DNA from: Candidatus Rokuibacteriota bacterium | Lineage (GTDB): Bacteria > Methylomirabilota > Methylomirabilia > Rokubacteriales > DASRDR01 | NCBI GenBank assembly: GCA_044866005.1 | Contig: JBIOTN010000219.1 | Location: 1 to 10,750 of the forward strand | Length of the DNA: 10,750 bases | Direction: 5' to 3' | Part shown: in pieces, positions 1 to 6,758 of the stretch | Position numbering within the stretch: the first letter of the stretch is position 1 | Layout: the number at the start of each line of letters is the position of its first letter | The notes under the pieces: generated by a model | The model's database searches: none | What the model saw: the letters and a program-made list of their open reading frames with translations, nothing else | Told to the model about the DNA's origin: nothing | Translations under genes and position numbers: made by a program

Positions 1-15
1 GCAGCCCCCCTCCGA
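1..15. repeat. Possible truncated arm of a REP-like intergenic repeat (reverse complement TCGGAGGGGGGCTGC)
   Basis: CCCCCTCCGA at 6-15 is the exact reverse complement of TCGGAGGGGG at 10736-10745. Both copies appear to be intergenic and lie at the window edges. Confidence 0.35.
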
Positions 16-20
16 AGGGA

Positions 21-56
21 TAAAAGCCGACGCCCCCGAAGGGTTGGGGGCGTCGG
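21..56 (-). terminator. Intrinsic (Rho-independent) terminator
   Basis: Perfect 11-bp stem CCGACGCCCCC (27-37) / GGGGGCGTCGG (46-56) with an 8-nt loop, followed on the minus strand by CTTTTA (plus-strand TAAAAG, 21-26). The U-tract is short. Confidence 0.7.
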
Positions 57-109
57 TGTGCCTGGCCGTGGCGCGTGGTCGGGAACGCGCGCGCGGTTGA
101 CCAGGCACC
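22..109 (-). ncRNA. Candidate ~88-nt two-hairpin small RNA (or structured leader) transcribed from a sigma54 promoter
   Basis: Predicted +1 (~109) falls at the base of a long hairpin: 58-65/101-108 (8 bp perfect), 66-70/92-96 (one mismatch), 71-76/85-90 (6 bp perfect). One nucleotide later comes the terminator hairpin at 27-56. No known RNA family recognised. Confidence 0.5.
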
Positions 110-119
110 CCGCTGTCGC

Positions 120-136
120 AGCAAGGCCGGTGCCCG
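120..136 (-). promoter_or_regulatory. sigma54 (RpoN) -24/-12 promoter
   Basis: Minus strand reads CGGGCACCGGCCTTGCT, giving GG-N10-GC with GGCAC-N5-TTGCT. This matches the TGGCAC-N5-TTGCW consensus except for the base before GG. Confidence 0.65.
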
Positions 137-211
137 ACGCCCGCCCGGGCGCGAGCCTCGACAGATCGCGCTCTTAGCCCGCCGGCGCCTGCCGCGAGGC
201 GCGGTGGGCGT

Positions 212-242
212 GGGGAAATGCCCGGGAGGCGGGCAAATGACC
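212..242. promoter_or_regulatory. Tandem near-palindromic boxes; putative enhancer (UAS) for a sigma54 activator
   Basis: GGGGAAATGCCC (212-223) and GGGCAAATGACC (231-242) each differ by one base from GGGCA-AA-TGCCC. They have a 19-bp period and sit about 103-133 bp upstream of the predicted sigma54 start. Confidence 0.5.
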
Positions 243-268
243 CCGGGCGCGGCCGGCACGGGCCGGGC

Positions 269-1168
269 TCAGCCGCGCGCGAGCGCGCGCTCGAGGACAT
301 GGTCCTCGCCGAAGCCGGGAAGCGGGAGCCCCCGCTCGCGGAACTCGCCGAGCGCCGCTTCGGGGCAGAGCCCGACCAGCTCGTAGCGGCGGATGCGGGC
401 GCCGCGGCGCTCGCTCTCGCGCCGGACGGCTTCGAGCGCCATCCAGAGCGAGGTCCGGGCGAGATCCGTGAGATTCATCGAGACCTGCACGCCTCCCTGC
501 CGCTCGAGCCGCACGCCCATCGCCTGGAGCCCGGGGAGCCCGCCCGCCGAGGCGCGGACGGCCCGCGCGATGCCGCGCGCGACCTCCCCGTCGTCCGCAT
601 CGAGCCACACGTTGAAGGCGACCAGCGCCGGGCGGGCCCCGACGGCCGTCGCGCCGCTCTTGGGGAGGAACGCGAGCGGCCCCGCGTCGGGCGCCGCTGC
701 GGGATCGGCGAGCCTGGCGGGAAGCCCTTCGTACTGCCCGAGTCGGACCTGTGGGAGCTCGCGCCGGTCGGGACGGCGCGCCGCCGCGGCGTAGAAGAAC
801 ACGGGGATTCCGGTCTCCCTGGCGAACGTGCCGCCGAAGGCGTGCGCTGCGGCGACGGCGTCCTCGATCGTGAGCTCGCCGAGCGGCACGAATGGCACGA
901 CGTCGACGGCGCCGATCCGCGGGTGCACCCCGAGCTGCGTGCGCATGTCGATCCGCCGGACGGCCTCCCGCGCGCCGGCCAGCGCCCCCTCCACGACCGC
1001 CTCGGACGGGCCGACCAGCGTGAAAACGGCCCGGTTGTGGTCCGGATCGGCATGGCGGTCGAGCAGGCGAACGTGGGGGACGCCCCGGATGGCGGCCGTA
1101 ATGGCATCCAGGGTCCGCGCGTCTCGGCCCTCGCTGACGTTGGGGATGCACTCGAGCCACGGCTCCAC
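269..1168 (-). CDS. ftcD: Glutamate formiminotransferase (stand-alone FT domain; no cyclodeaminase domain), 299 aa
   Basis: C-terminal part of ORF 269..2722. Family motifs: LECIPNVSEGRD, DPDHNRAVFTLVG, IDMR..GVHPRIGAVDVVPFVP, GATAVGAR..LVAFNV, QVSMNL, ELVGL. GTG start at 1168 lies 4 codons before LECIPN. Confidence 0.93.
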   Translation of the reverse strand: MEPWLECIPNVSEGRDARTLDAITAAIRGVPHVRLLDRHADPDHNRAVFTLVGPSEAVVEGALAGAREAVRRIDMRTQLGVHPRIGAVDVVPFVPLGELTIEDAVAAAHAFGGTFARETGIPVFFYAAAARRPDRRELPQVRLGQYEGLPARLADPAAAPDAGPLAFLPKSGATAVGARPALVAFNVWLDADDGEVARGIARAVRASAGGLPGLQAMGVRLERQGGVQVSMNLTDLARTSLWMALEAVRRESERRGARIRRYELVGLCPEAALGEFRERGLPLPGFGEDHVLERALARG

Positions 1169-1175
1169 GGTCCCG

Positions 1176-1181
1176 ATGATA
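1176..1181 (-). promoter_or_regulatory. Putative sigma70 -10 element (TATCAT) for a leaderless ftcD transcript
   Basis: Minus strand reads TATCAT-CGGGACC-GTG: a TANNNT hexamer 7 nt before the start codon, with no clear Shine-Dalgarno. Confidence 0.5.
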
Positions 1182-1224
1182 CGGCTCGCCCGGGGGGCGC
1201 GCGACCGCCTTTCCCGGGCTGCGC

Positions 1225-1230
1225 TATACT
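1225..1230 (+). promoter_or_regulatory. Putative sigma70 -10 element (TATACT) for the plus-strand operon
   Basis: 5/6 match to TATAAT in a very GC-rich divergent intergenic region. No convincing -35 seen. Confidence 0.5.
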
Positions 1231-1366
1231 GAGACCGCTCGCCGGGCCGCCGTCCGCGTGGCGAGGCGGGCTGGCCCCGTGATCGCGCGCGATCCCCAGG
1301 ATGAAGGCGCCTGCGCGGAGACGACCGCTGGCGGAGGCGCCGCCGAGACGACAAGCGAGGGCTTGC

Positions 1367-2554
1367 ATGGCGGCTCCGACCGTGGCGCTCGAGCCCGAGG
1401 TGGCGCGGCTGGCGCCGGCGCTCTCCGCCGTCCGCCGGTCGATTCACGAGTCCCCCGAGATCGGCTTCCTCGAGGTGCGGACGGCCGGTCTCGTGGCCGA
1501 GCGGCTCCGCGCGCTCGGCCTCGAGGTCCGCACCGAGGTGGCGAAGACCGGGGTCGTCGGCCTGCTCCGCGGCGCGCGCCCGGGCCGGACGCTCCTGCTT
1601 CGAGCCGACATGGACTGCCTGCCCATCGAGGAGGCGACCGGTGCGCCGTACGCCTCGCGTCACCCCGGGCGGATGCACGCCTGCGGTCACGACGGGCACG
1701 TCGCGATGCTGCTCGGGGCGGCCGAGCTCCTCGCCGCGCGGCGCGAGCGGCTGGCAGGCGCGGTGAAGTTCGTCTTCCAGCCGGCCGAGGAGGGACCGGG
1801 CGGGGCGGAGCCGATGATCGCGGCGGGCGTGCTCGAGGCCCCGCGGGTGGACGCGGCGTTCGGCCTCCATCTCCTGAACGACTTCCCGGTCGGCACCGTC
1901 CCCTTGCGGCCCGGGCCCATCATGGCGGCGACCGATCGGATCTCGATCGCCGTGCGTGGCCGGGGCGGGCACGGGGCCGCGCCGCACCAGACCGTCGACG
2001 CCGTCCTGGCCGCCGCGCACGTGGTCACGGCGCTCCAGGCGATCGCGGCGCGCGAGGTCTCCCCCGTGACGCCGGTCGTCGTCACCGTCGGCACGATCCA
2101 GGGCGGCTTCCGCTACAACGTCATCGCGCCCGAGGTGCAGCTGACCGGCACCGTTCGGAGCTTCGACGCCACGCTCCGCCAGGAGCTCCCGGGCCGCATC
2201 GAGCGCATCGCCTGCGGGGTGGCGAGCGCCTTCGGAGCGGTCGCCGAGGCGAGCTACGAGTTCGGCTACCCGGCCACCGTGAACGACCCGGACATGACCG
2301 AGCTGGCGCGCCAGGCCGCGGCCACCGTGGTCGGCGAGGGCGGCGTCGTCACGATGGACCCGCTGATGGGCGGCGAGGACATGGCGTACTTCCTCCAGGC
2401 CGTGCCGGGCTGCTACGTCTTCATCGGCTCCGCCAATCAGGAGCGCGGTCTCGTCCACCCGCACCACTCGCCGCACTTCGACTTCGACGAGGCGGCGCTT
2501 CCCATCGGGGTGCAGGTTTTCGTGCGCGTCGCGGAGGCGTTCCTGGCGCCGTGA
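1367..2554 (+). CDS. M20 family (M20D/Acy1-like) metal-dependent amidohydrolase, 395 aa
   Basis: Motifs RRSIHESPEIGF.E, LRADMDCLPI, MHACGHDGH, FQPAEEG, GRGGHGAAPH, GGEDMAYF, HHSPHF. ATG 1367 is preferred (GAGG at 1357-1360); an in-frame ATG at 1301 is the alternative. Confidence 0.92.
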   Translation: MAAPTVALEPEVARLAPALSAVRRSIHESPEIGFLEVRTAGLVAERLRALGLEVRTEVAKTGVVGLLRGARPGRTLLLRADMDCLPIEEATGAPYASRHPGRMHACGHDGHVAMLLGAAELLAARRERLAGAVKFVFQPAEEGPGGAEPMIAAGVLEAPRVDAAFGLHLLNDFPVGTVPLRPGPIMAATDRISIAVRGRGGHGAAPHQTVDAVLAAAHVVTALQAIAAREVSPVTPVVVTVGTIQGGFRYNVIAPEVQLTGTVRSFDATLRQELPGRIERIACGVASAFGAVAEASYEFGYPATVNDPDMTELARQAAATVVGEGGVVTMDPLMGGEDMAYFLQAVPGCYVFIGSANQERGLVHPHHSPHFDFDEAALPIGVQVFVRVAEAFLAP

Positions 2555-2597
2555 CGATCCCCGTCGCATCTCGGCCCGGCGCGGGAGTCGAAGGCTG

Positions 2598-3602
2598 ATG
2601 GCGCTCCCCGTCGGCAAGCTGGGGGGGCGTTTCCTCGCGGAGCTCTTCAGCAAGCACGTCACGCTCGACGACCGCGTCGTCCTCGGGCCGCGGGTCGGGG
2701 AAGATGCCGCCGTCATCGACATGGGCGACCGCTACCTGGTCGCCACGACCGATCCCATCACGTTCGTGACCGAGGACCTCGGCTGGTACGCGCTCGTCGT
2801 GAACGCGAACGACATCGCGGTCCGCGGCGCGGCGCCGCGCTGGTTCCTGGCGACGTGCCTCCTTCCCGAGCGGCGGACGACGGAGGCGTCGGTCGAGGCG
2901 CTGTTCGCGCAGCTCGGCGGGGCCTGCCGGGAGCTCGGCGTCTCGCTCGTCGGCGGCCACACGGAGGTCACGCACGGCCTCGACCGGCCGCTCGTGATCG
3001 GCACGATGCTCGGCGAGGTGGCGAAGGACCGGCTGGTCACGACGAGCGGCGCGCGGCCGGGGGACGCGCTGCTCCTGACCAAGGGCATCCCGGTCGAGGG
3101 CACGTCGATCGTCGCTCGCGCGCGCGACGCCGAGCTGCGGGCCCGCGGATACGCCGAGCCGCTGCTGGCGCGGGCGCGCGGGTATCTCGATCGGCTGAGC
3201 GTGGTGCCCGAGGCGTTGCTCGCCGCGGAGCTGGCGGCGATCCACGCGATGCACGACCCGACCGAGGGCGGCCTCGCCACGGCCCTCTGGGAGCTTGCCG
3301 CCGCGGCCGACGTCGGGCTCGCGGTGGAGGTCGAGCGGATCCCCGTGCTCCCCGAGGGCCGGGTGCTGTGCGCCGAGTTCGGCCTCGATCCCCTCGGGAC
3401 GATCGCCTCCGGCGCGCTCCTGATCGCGCTGGCGCCGGCCGACGCCGCCGTGGTGCTCCACGGCTGCGCCCGGGAGGGGATCGATTGCGCCTTCATCGGG
3501 CGCGTCGAGGCGCGAGAGGCCGGCGTCACCCTCCGGCACGCCGGCCGCGTCACCCCGCTGCCCCGGTTCCCCCAGGACGAGATCACGCGCCTCTTCGCCT
3601 GA
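2598..3602 (+). CDS. AIR synthase-related (PurM/HypE/ThiL superfamily) ATP-binding protein, 334 aa
   Basis: Motifs GKL, GPRVGEDAAVID, TTDPITF, VNANDIAVRGA.P, VGGHTEV, A.PGD.LLLTK, AMHDPTEGGL. Lacks the C-terminal Cys of true HypE. Confidence 0.88.
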   Translation: MALPVGKLGGRFLAELFSKHVTLDDRVVLGPRVGEDAAVIDMGDRYLVATTDPITFVTEDLGWYALVVNANDIAVRGAAPRWFLATCLLPERRTTEASVEALFAQLGGACRELGVSLVGGHTEVTHGLDRPLVIGTMLGEVAKDRLVTTSGARPGDALLLTKGIPVEGTSIVARARDAELRARGYAEPLLARARGYLDRLSVVPEALLAAELAAIHAMHDPTEGGLATALWELAAAADVGLAVEVERIPVLPEGRVLCAEFGLDPLGTIASGALLIALAPADAAVVLHGCAREGIDCAFIGRVEAREAGVTLRHAGRVTPLPRFPQDEITRLFA

Positions 3603-3610
3603 GCCGCGCC

Positions 3611-5227
3611 ATGCCCCAGATCGGGTACGCCCACCGTCCCGTCGCCCAGAGCTACCACGGCGTCATCGCCGCCGCCCATCCCCTGGCGGTCCTCGCGGGC
3701 ATCGAGATGCTGAAGGGCGGCGGCAACGTCGTGGACGCGGCGATCGCCGTGAACGCGGTCCTGGCGGTCGTCCAGCCCCACATGTGCGGGGTGGGGGGCG
3801 ACCTCTTCAGCCTCCTCTTCCACGCCGCCTCGGGCGAGGTCGTCTGTCTCGACGGCGCCGGCCGCTCCGGCTCGGACGCCACGCTCGACTCGGTCCGGCG
3901 TCGCGGCCTCACGGCGCTCCCGCTGATCGGGCCGCTGTCGGTCTCGGTGCCCGGCGCCATCGACGCGTGGGGAGCGCTGGCGGCGCGCTACGGGACCCGG
4001 CCGCTCGGCGAGCTCCTGAAGCCGGCGATCGCGGTCGCTACCGAGGGGTTTCCCTGCAGCGACCTCCTGGCCCAGACGATCCGGGAACGGAGCGCGGTCA
4101 TCGAAGACCCCGAGTGGCACCGGGTCTACGCGCCGCACGGACGGTTCCCCCGGATCGGAAGCCGGCTCGTCCAGCCGGACCTCGCGCGGAGCCTCGCGCT
4201 GATCGCCGAGAGCGGCCCCGACGTGCTCTACCGCGGCGAGCTGGGCGCCCGCATCGTCCGGCACGTCCGCGCCGGCGGTGGTTTCCTCACCGAGGCGGAT
4301 CTCGCGGCCCACGCCTCGCGCTGGCGGCTACCCGTCTCGACGACCTACCGGGGCGCGACGGTCTACCAGACACCGCCGCCGACGCAGGGGCTGACGCTTC
4401 TCCAGGCCCTGAACCTGCTGGAAGGGTTCGACCTGCCGGGACTCGGCTTCCACTCGGTGGCGCACCTGCACCACCTCGTCGAGGCGGTCAAGCTCGTCTA
4501 CGCCGACCGCGATCGCTACATCGGGGACCCGGACCACGTCGCCGTGCCGGTCGCCGACCTCCTCGACAAGGACTACGCCGCCCGGCGGCGCGCGCTCATC
4601 GACCCCCGGCGGGCGGTCCCGCGCGTGGTCGGGGGCGACCCCGCCGGGGACACGACCGGGTTCGTCGTCGCCGACGCCGCCGGCTCGGTGATGGCAGTCA
4701 TCCAGAGCCTCTACTCCGCGTTCGGGTCCGGCGTCGTGCCGCCCGGCACCGGGATCTCGCTCCACTGCCGGGGCGCGGGCTTCTCGCTCGACCCGGCCTC
4801 GCCGAGCGTGCTGGCGCCACGCAAGCAGCCCTTCCACACGCTGATCGCCGCCCTGGTCGTGCAGGACGGGGCGCCGACGGTGGCGTTCGCCACGATGGGC
4901 GGCCACGGCCAGCCGCAGACGCATCTCCAGGTGCTCACGAACCTGCTCGACTTCGGCATGGACCCGCAGGAGGCGATCGAGCGGCCGCGCTTCGTCCAGG
5001 GCCGGATGCGCCCCACCGATCCGGACGACCGGCTGCGGATCGAGGGCCGGGTGCCCGCCCGCGTGCTCGGGGGTCTCCGGCAGCGGGGCCACGCGGTCGA
5101 GCGCGTGGCCGACTGGGCCAGCACGATGGGCCACGCCCACGGCCTCCTGGTGCGCCGGGAGCCTGGCGCGCGGCTCCTGTCGGCCGGGGCCGACCCGCGC
5201 GGGGACGGCGCGGCCCTGGGCTACTGA
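3611..5227 (+). CDS. Gamma-glutamyltransferase family Ntn-hydrolase (YwrD/HpxW-like, cytoplasmic), 538 aa
   Basis: Motifs GGNVVDAAIA, QPHMCGVGGDLF, VSVPG, QPDLARSL, Y.GELG, PPPTQG, autoprocessing site GD|TT, FGSG, PFHT, MGG.GQPQ, GADPRGDG. ATG 3611 is 8 nt after the previous stop. No signal peptide. Confidence 0.92.
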   Translation: MPQIGYAHRPVAQSYHGVIAAAHPLAVLAGIEMLKGGGNVVDAAIAVNAVLAVVQPHMCGVGGDLFSLLFHAASGEVVCLDGAGRSGSDATLDSVRRRGLTALPLIGPLSVSVPGAIDAWGALAARYGTRPLGELLKPAIAVATEGFPCSDLLAQTIRERSAVIEDPEWHRVYAPHGRFPRIGSRLVQPDLARSLALIAESGPDVLYRGELGARIVRHVRAGGGFLTEADLAAHASRWRLPVSTTYRGATVYQTPPPTQGLTLLQALNLLEGFDLPGLGFHSVAHLHHLVEAVKLVYADRDRYIGDPDHVAVPVADLLDKDYAARRRALIDPRRAVPRVVGGDPAGDTTGFVVADAAGSVMAVIQSLYSAFGSGVVPPGTGISLHCRGAGFSLDPASPSVLAPRKQPFHTLIAALVVQDGAPTVAFATMGGHGQPQTHLQVLTNLLDFGMDPQEAIERPRFVQGRMRPTDPDDRLRIEGRVPARVLGGLRQRGHAVERVADWASTMGHAHGLLVRREPGARLLSAGADPRGDGAALGY

Positions 5228-5235
5228 GGACCATC

Positions 5236-5850
5236 ATGGCGCTGGCCGTCCGCGACGTCATGTCCACGGACCTCGTGACCGTGAGCCCGCAGGAGAGCGC
5301 GCGCCGAGCCTACGAGCTGATGCGGGACCGGCGCTTCCGGCACCTCCCCGTCGTGGCCGACGGCCGGCTCGTGGGGATCGTCTCCGACCGGGACCTCCGC
5401 CCGGTGCTGCTGTCGCCGGGCCTGGCCGGGGCGACGGTGGCCGAGATCATGAGCGAGGAGCCGACCACCATCGCCCCGGAGGCGCCGGTCGAGGACGCGG
5501 CGAGCCTGATCGTGGTGAAGAAGATCGGGTGCCTCCCGGTGCTCGACGGCGAGCGGCTGGTCGGCATCGTCACGGAAACGGACCTCCTCGCCGTCCTCGT
5601 CGAGCTCCTCGGGCTCCTCAGCCAGTCCACGCGGCTCGACGTCGCGGTCCCGGGCGGTCCCGACGCCTACGAGAAGGTCGTCGAGATCATCCGCCGGCAG
5701 CAGGGACGGATCATGAGTGTCGGCGCCGTGCCCGGCGCCGGGGGCACGACGGTCTTCAGCGTGCGGCTCGAGCCATGCGACCCGCGGCCGCTCGTCGACG
5801 CCCTCGCCCGCGCCGGCTTCGAGGTCCTCTCCCCGGCGGGAGGCGCGTGA
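5236..5850 (+). CDS. CBS-pair plus C-terminal ACT-like domain protein (AcuB-like), 204 aa
   Basis: Two CBS repeats (VRDVMS..LVTVSP..FRHLPVV..LVGIVSDRDL; VAEIMS..TIAP..IGCLPV..LVGIVTETDL) followed by a ~70-aa ACT-like segment. GAGGA precedes ATG 5236. Confidence 0.88.
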   Translation: MALAVRDVMSTDLVTVSPQESARRAYELMRDRRFRHLPVVADGRLVGIVSDRDLRPVLLSPGLAGATVAEIMSEEPTTIAPEAPVEDAASLIVVKKIGCLPVLDGERLVGIVTETDLLAVLVELLGLLSQSTRLDVAVPGGPDAYEKVVEIIRRQQGRIMSVGAVPGAGGTTVFSVRLEPCDPRPLVDALARAGFEVLSPAGGA

Positions 5851-6758
5851 TGGACGACCGCCCGCCCGCGGCCGTCGAGCCCGTTCGGCTTCGCCGCACT
5901 CTCCTCTTCGTCCCGGGCAGCACCCCCGAGCGGATCGCCAAGGCCGCGGCGTCCGCGGCGGACGGCCTCATCCTCGACCTCGAGGACGCCGTCGCGCCCG
6001 CGCAGAAGGGCCGGGCCCGGGACTGGGTCGTGGCCGCGCTCCGGGGCGTGGACTTCCGGGGCCGGGAGCGCATCGTGCGCGTGAACCCGCTCGATGGCCC
6101 CTACGGCATGCACGACCTGGCCGCGATCGTCCCGGCCGCGCCCGACGCGCTGCTGCTCCCGAAGATCGGCGGTCCCGAGGACGTCGAGCGGGTCGACCAC
6201 GAGGTGACGCGGCTCGAGCGGCTCGCGGGCCTCCGGCCCGGGGCGGTCCGCTTCCACCTCCTGGTCGAGACGGTGGCCGGCGTCCTGAACGCCCCGGCCG
6301 TGGGACGGGCGTCGTCCCGCAGCGCCGCGCTCTTCTTCGGGGCGGGCGATCTCATGCGCGAGACCCGCGGCCGGCTCGTGCCGAGCCGGACCTCGGAGCT
6401 CCACGCCCTGAGCCAGGTGCTCCTGGCCGCCCGCGCCTCGGCGCTCCAGGCCCTCGACAGCCCCTACTTCGACCTGGACAGCGAGGCCGGCCTCGAAGCC
6501 CACAGCCGCTTCGCGGCCGAGCTCGGCTACGACGGGAAAGCCCTCATCCACCCGAAGCAGATCGAGATCGTCAACCGGGTCTTCACCCCCTCACCGGACG
6601 CCGTCGCCGAGGCCCAGCGCGTGCTGGCCGCCTACGAGGCGGCACAGGCGGAAGGCACGGGCGCGCTGGCCCTCGACGGACGGTTCATCGATGCCGTCCA
6701 CGTCGCCATGGCCCGCGAGACGCTGGCCCGGGCGCGCCTGGCCGGGGTGACCGGGTGA
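5850..6758 (+). CDS. CitE-like CoA-ester lyase (HpcH/HpaI aldolase/citrate lyase family), 302 aa
   Basis: Motifs RRTLLFVPGS, ADGLILDLEDAV, IVRVN, LPK, LVET, FGAGDL, GYDGKALIHPKQI, DGRFID. TGATG overlap with the upstream gene, with GGAGG just upstream. Confidence 0.9.
   Translation: MDDRPPAAVEPVRLRRTLLFVPGSTPERIAKAAASAADGLILDLEDAVAPAQKGRARDWVVAALRGVDFRGRERIVRVNPLDGPYGMHDLAAIVPAAPDALLLPKIGGPEDVERVDHEVTRLERLAGLRPGAVRFHLLVETVAGVLNAPAVGRASSRSAALFFGAGDLMRETRGRLVPSRTSELHALSQVLLAARASALQALDSPYFDLDSEAGLEAHSRFAAELGYDGKALIHPKQIEIVNRVFTPSPDAVAEAQRVLAAYEAAQAEGTGALALDGRFIDAVHVAMARETLARARLAGVTG

Noticed and set aside
164..176. IHF-like site GATCGCGCTCTTA between the sigma54 promoter and the enhancer boxes
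   Set aside because: The position fits, but the match to WATCARNNNNTTR is too weak to call.
75..386. 103-aa plus-strand ORF over the left intergenic region
   Set aside because: Low-complexity translation, no RBS, and it overlaps the ftcD 3' end and the regulatory elements.
1315..1356. Resemblance to a glycine riboswitch (GGAGA...CGCCGA)
   Set aside because: Lacks the GCCGAAG and CTCTCAGG core elements.
1169..2722. 817-aa minus-strand ORF suggesting a large N-terminal fusion to the formiminotransferase
   Set aside because: The extension is the antisense shadow of the M20 gene. Recognisable FT sequence starts only at GTG 1168.
2855..5235. Long N-terminal extensions of the GGT (from 2855) and CBS (from 3784) ORFs, and likewise CitE (5529) and the exported protein (5717)
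   Set aside because: Arg/Pro/Gly-rich off-frame read-through of upstream genes, caused by the scarcity of stop codons in high-GC DNA. Better starts sit next to the upstream stops.
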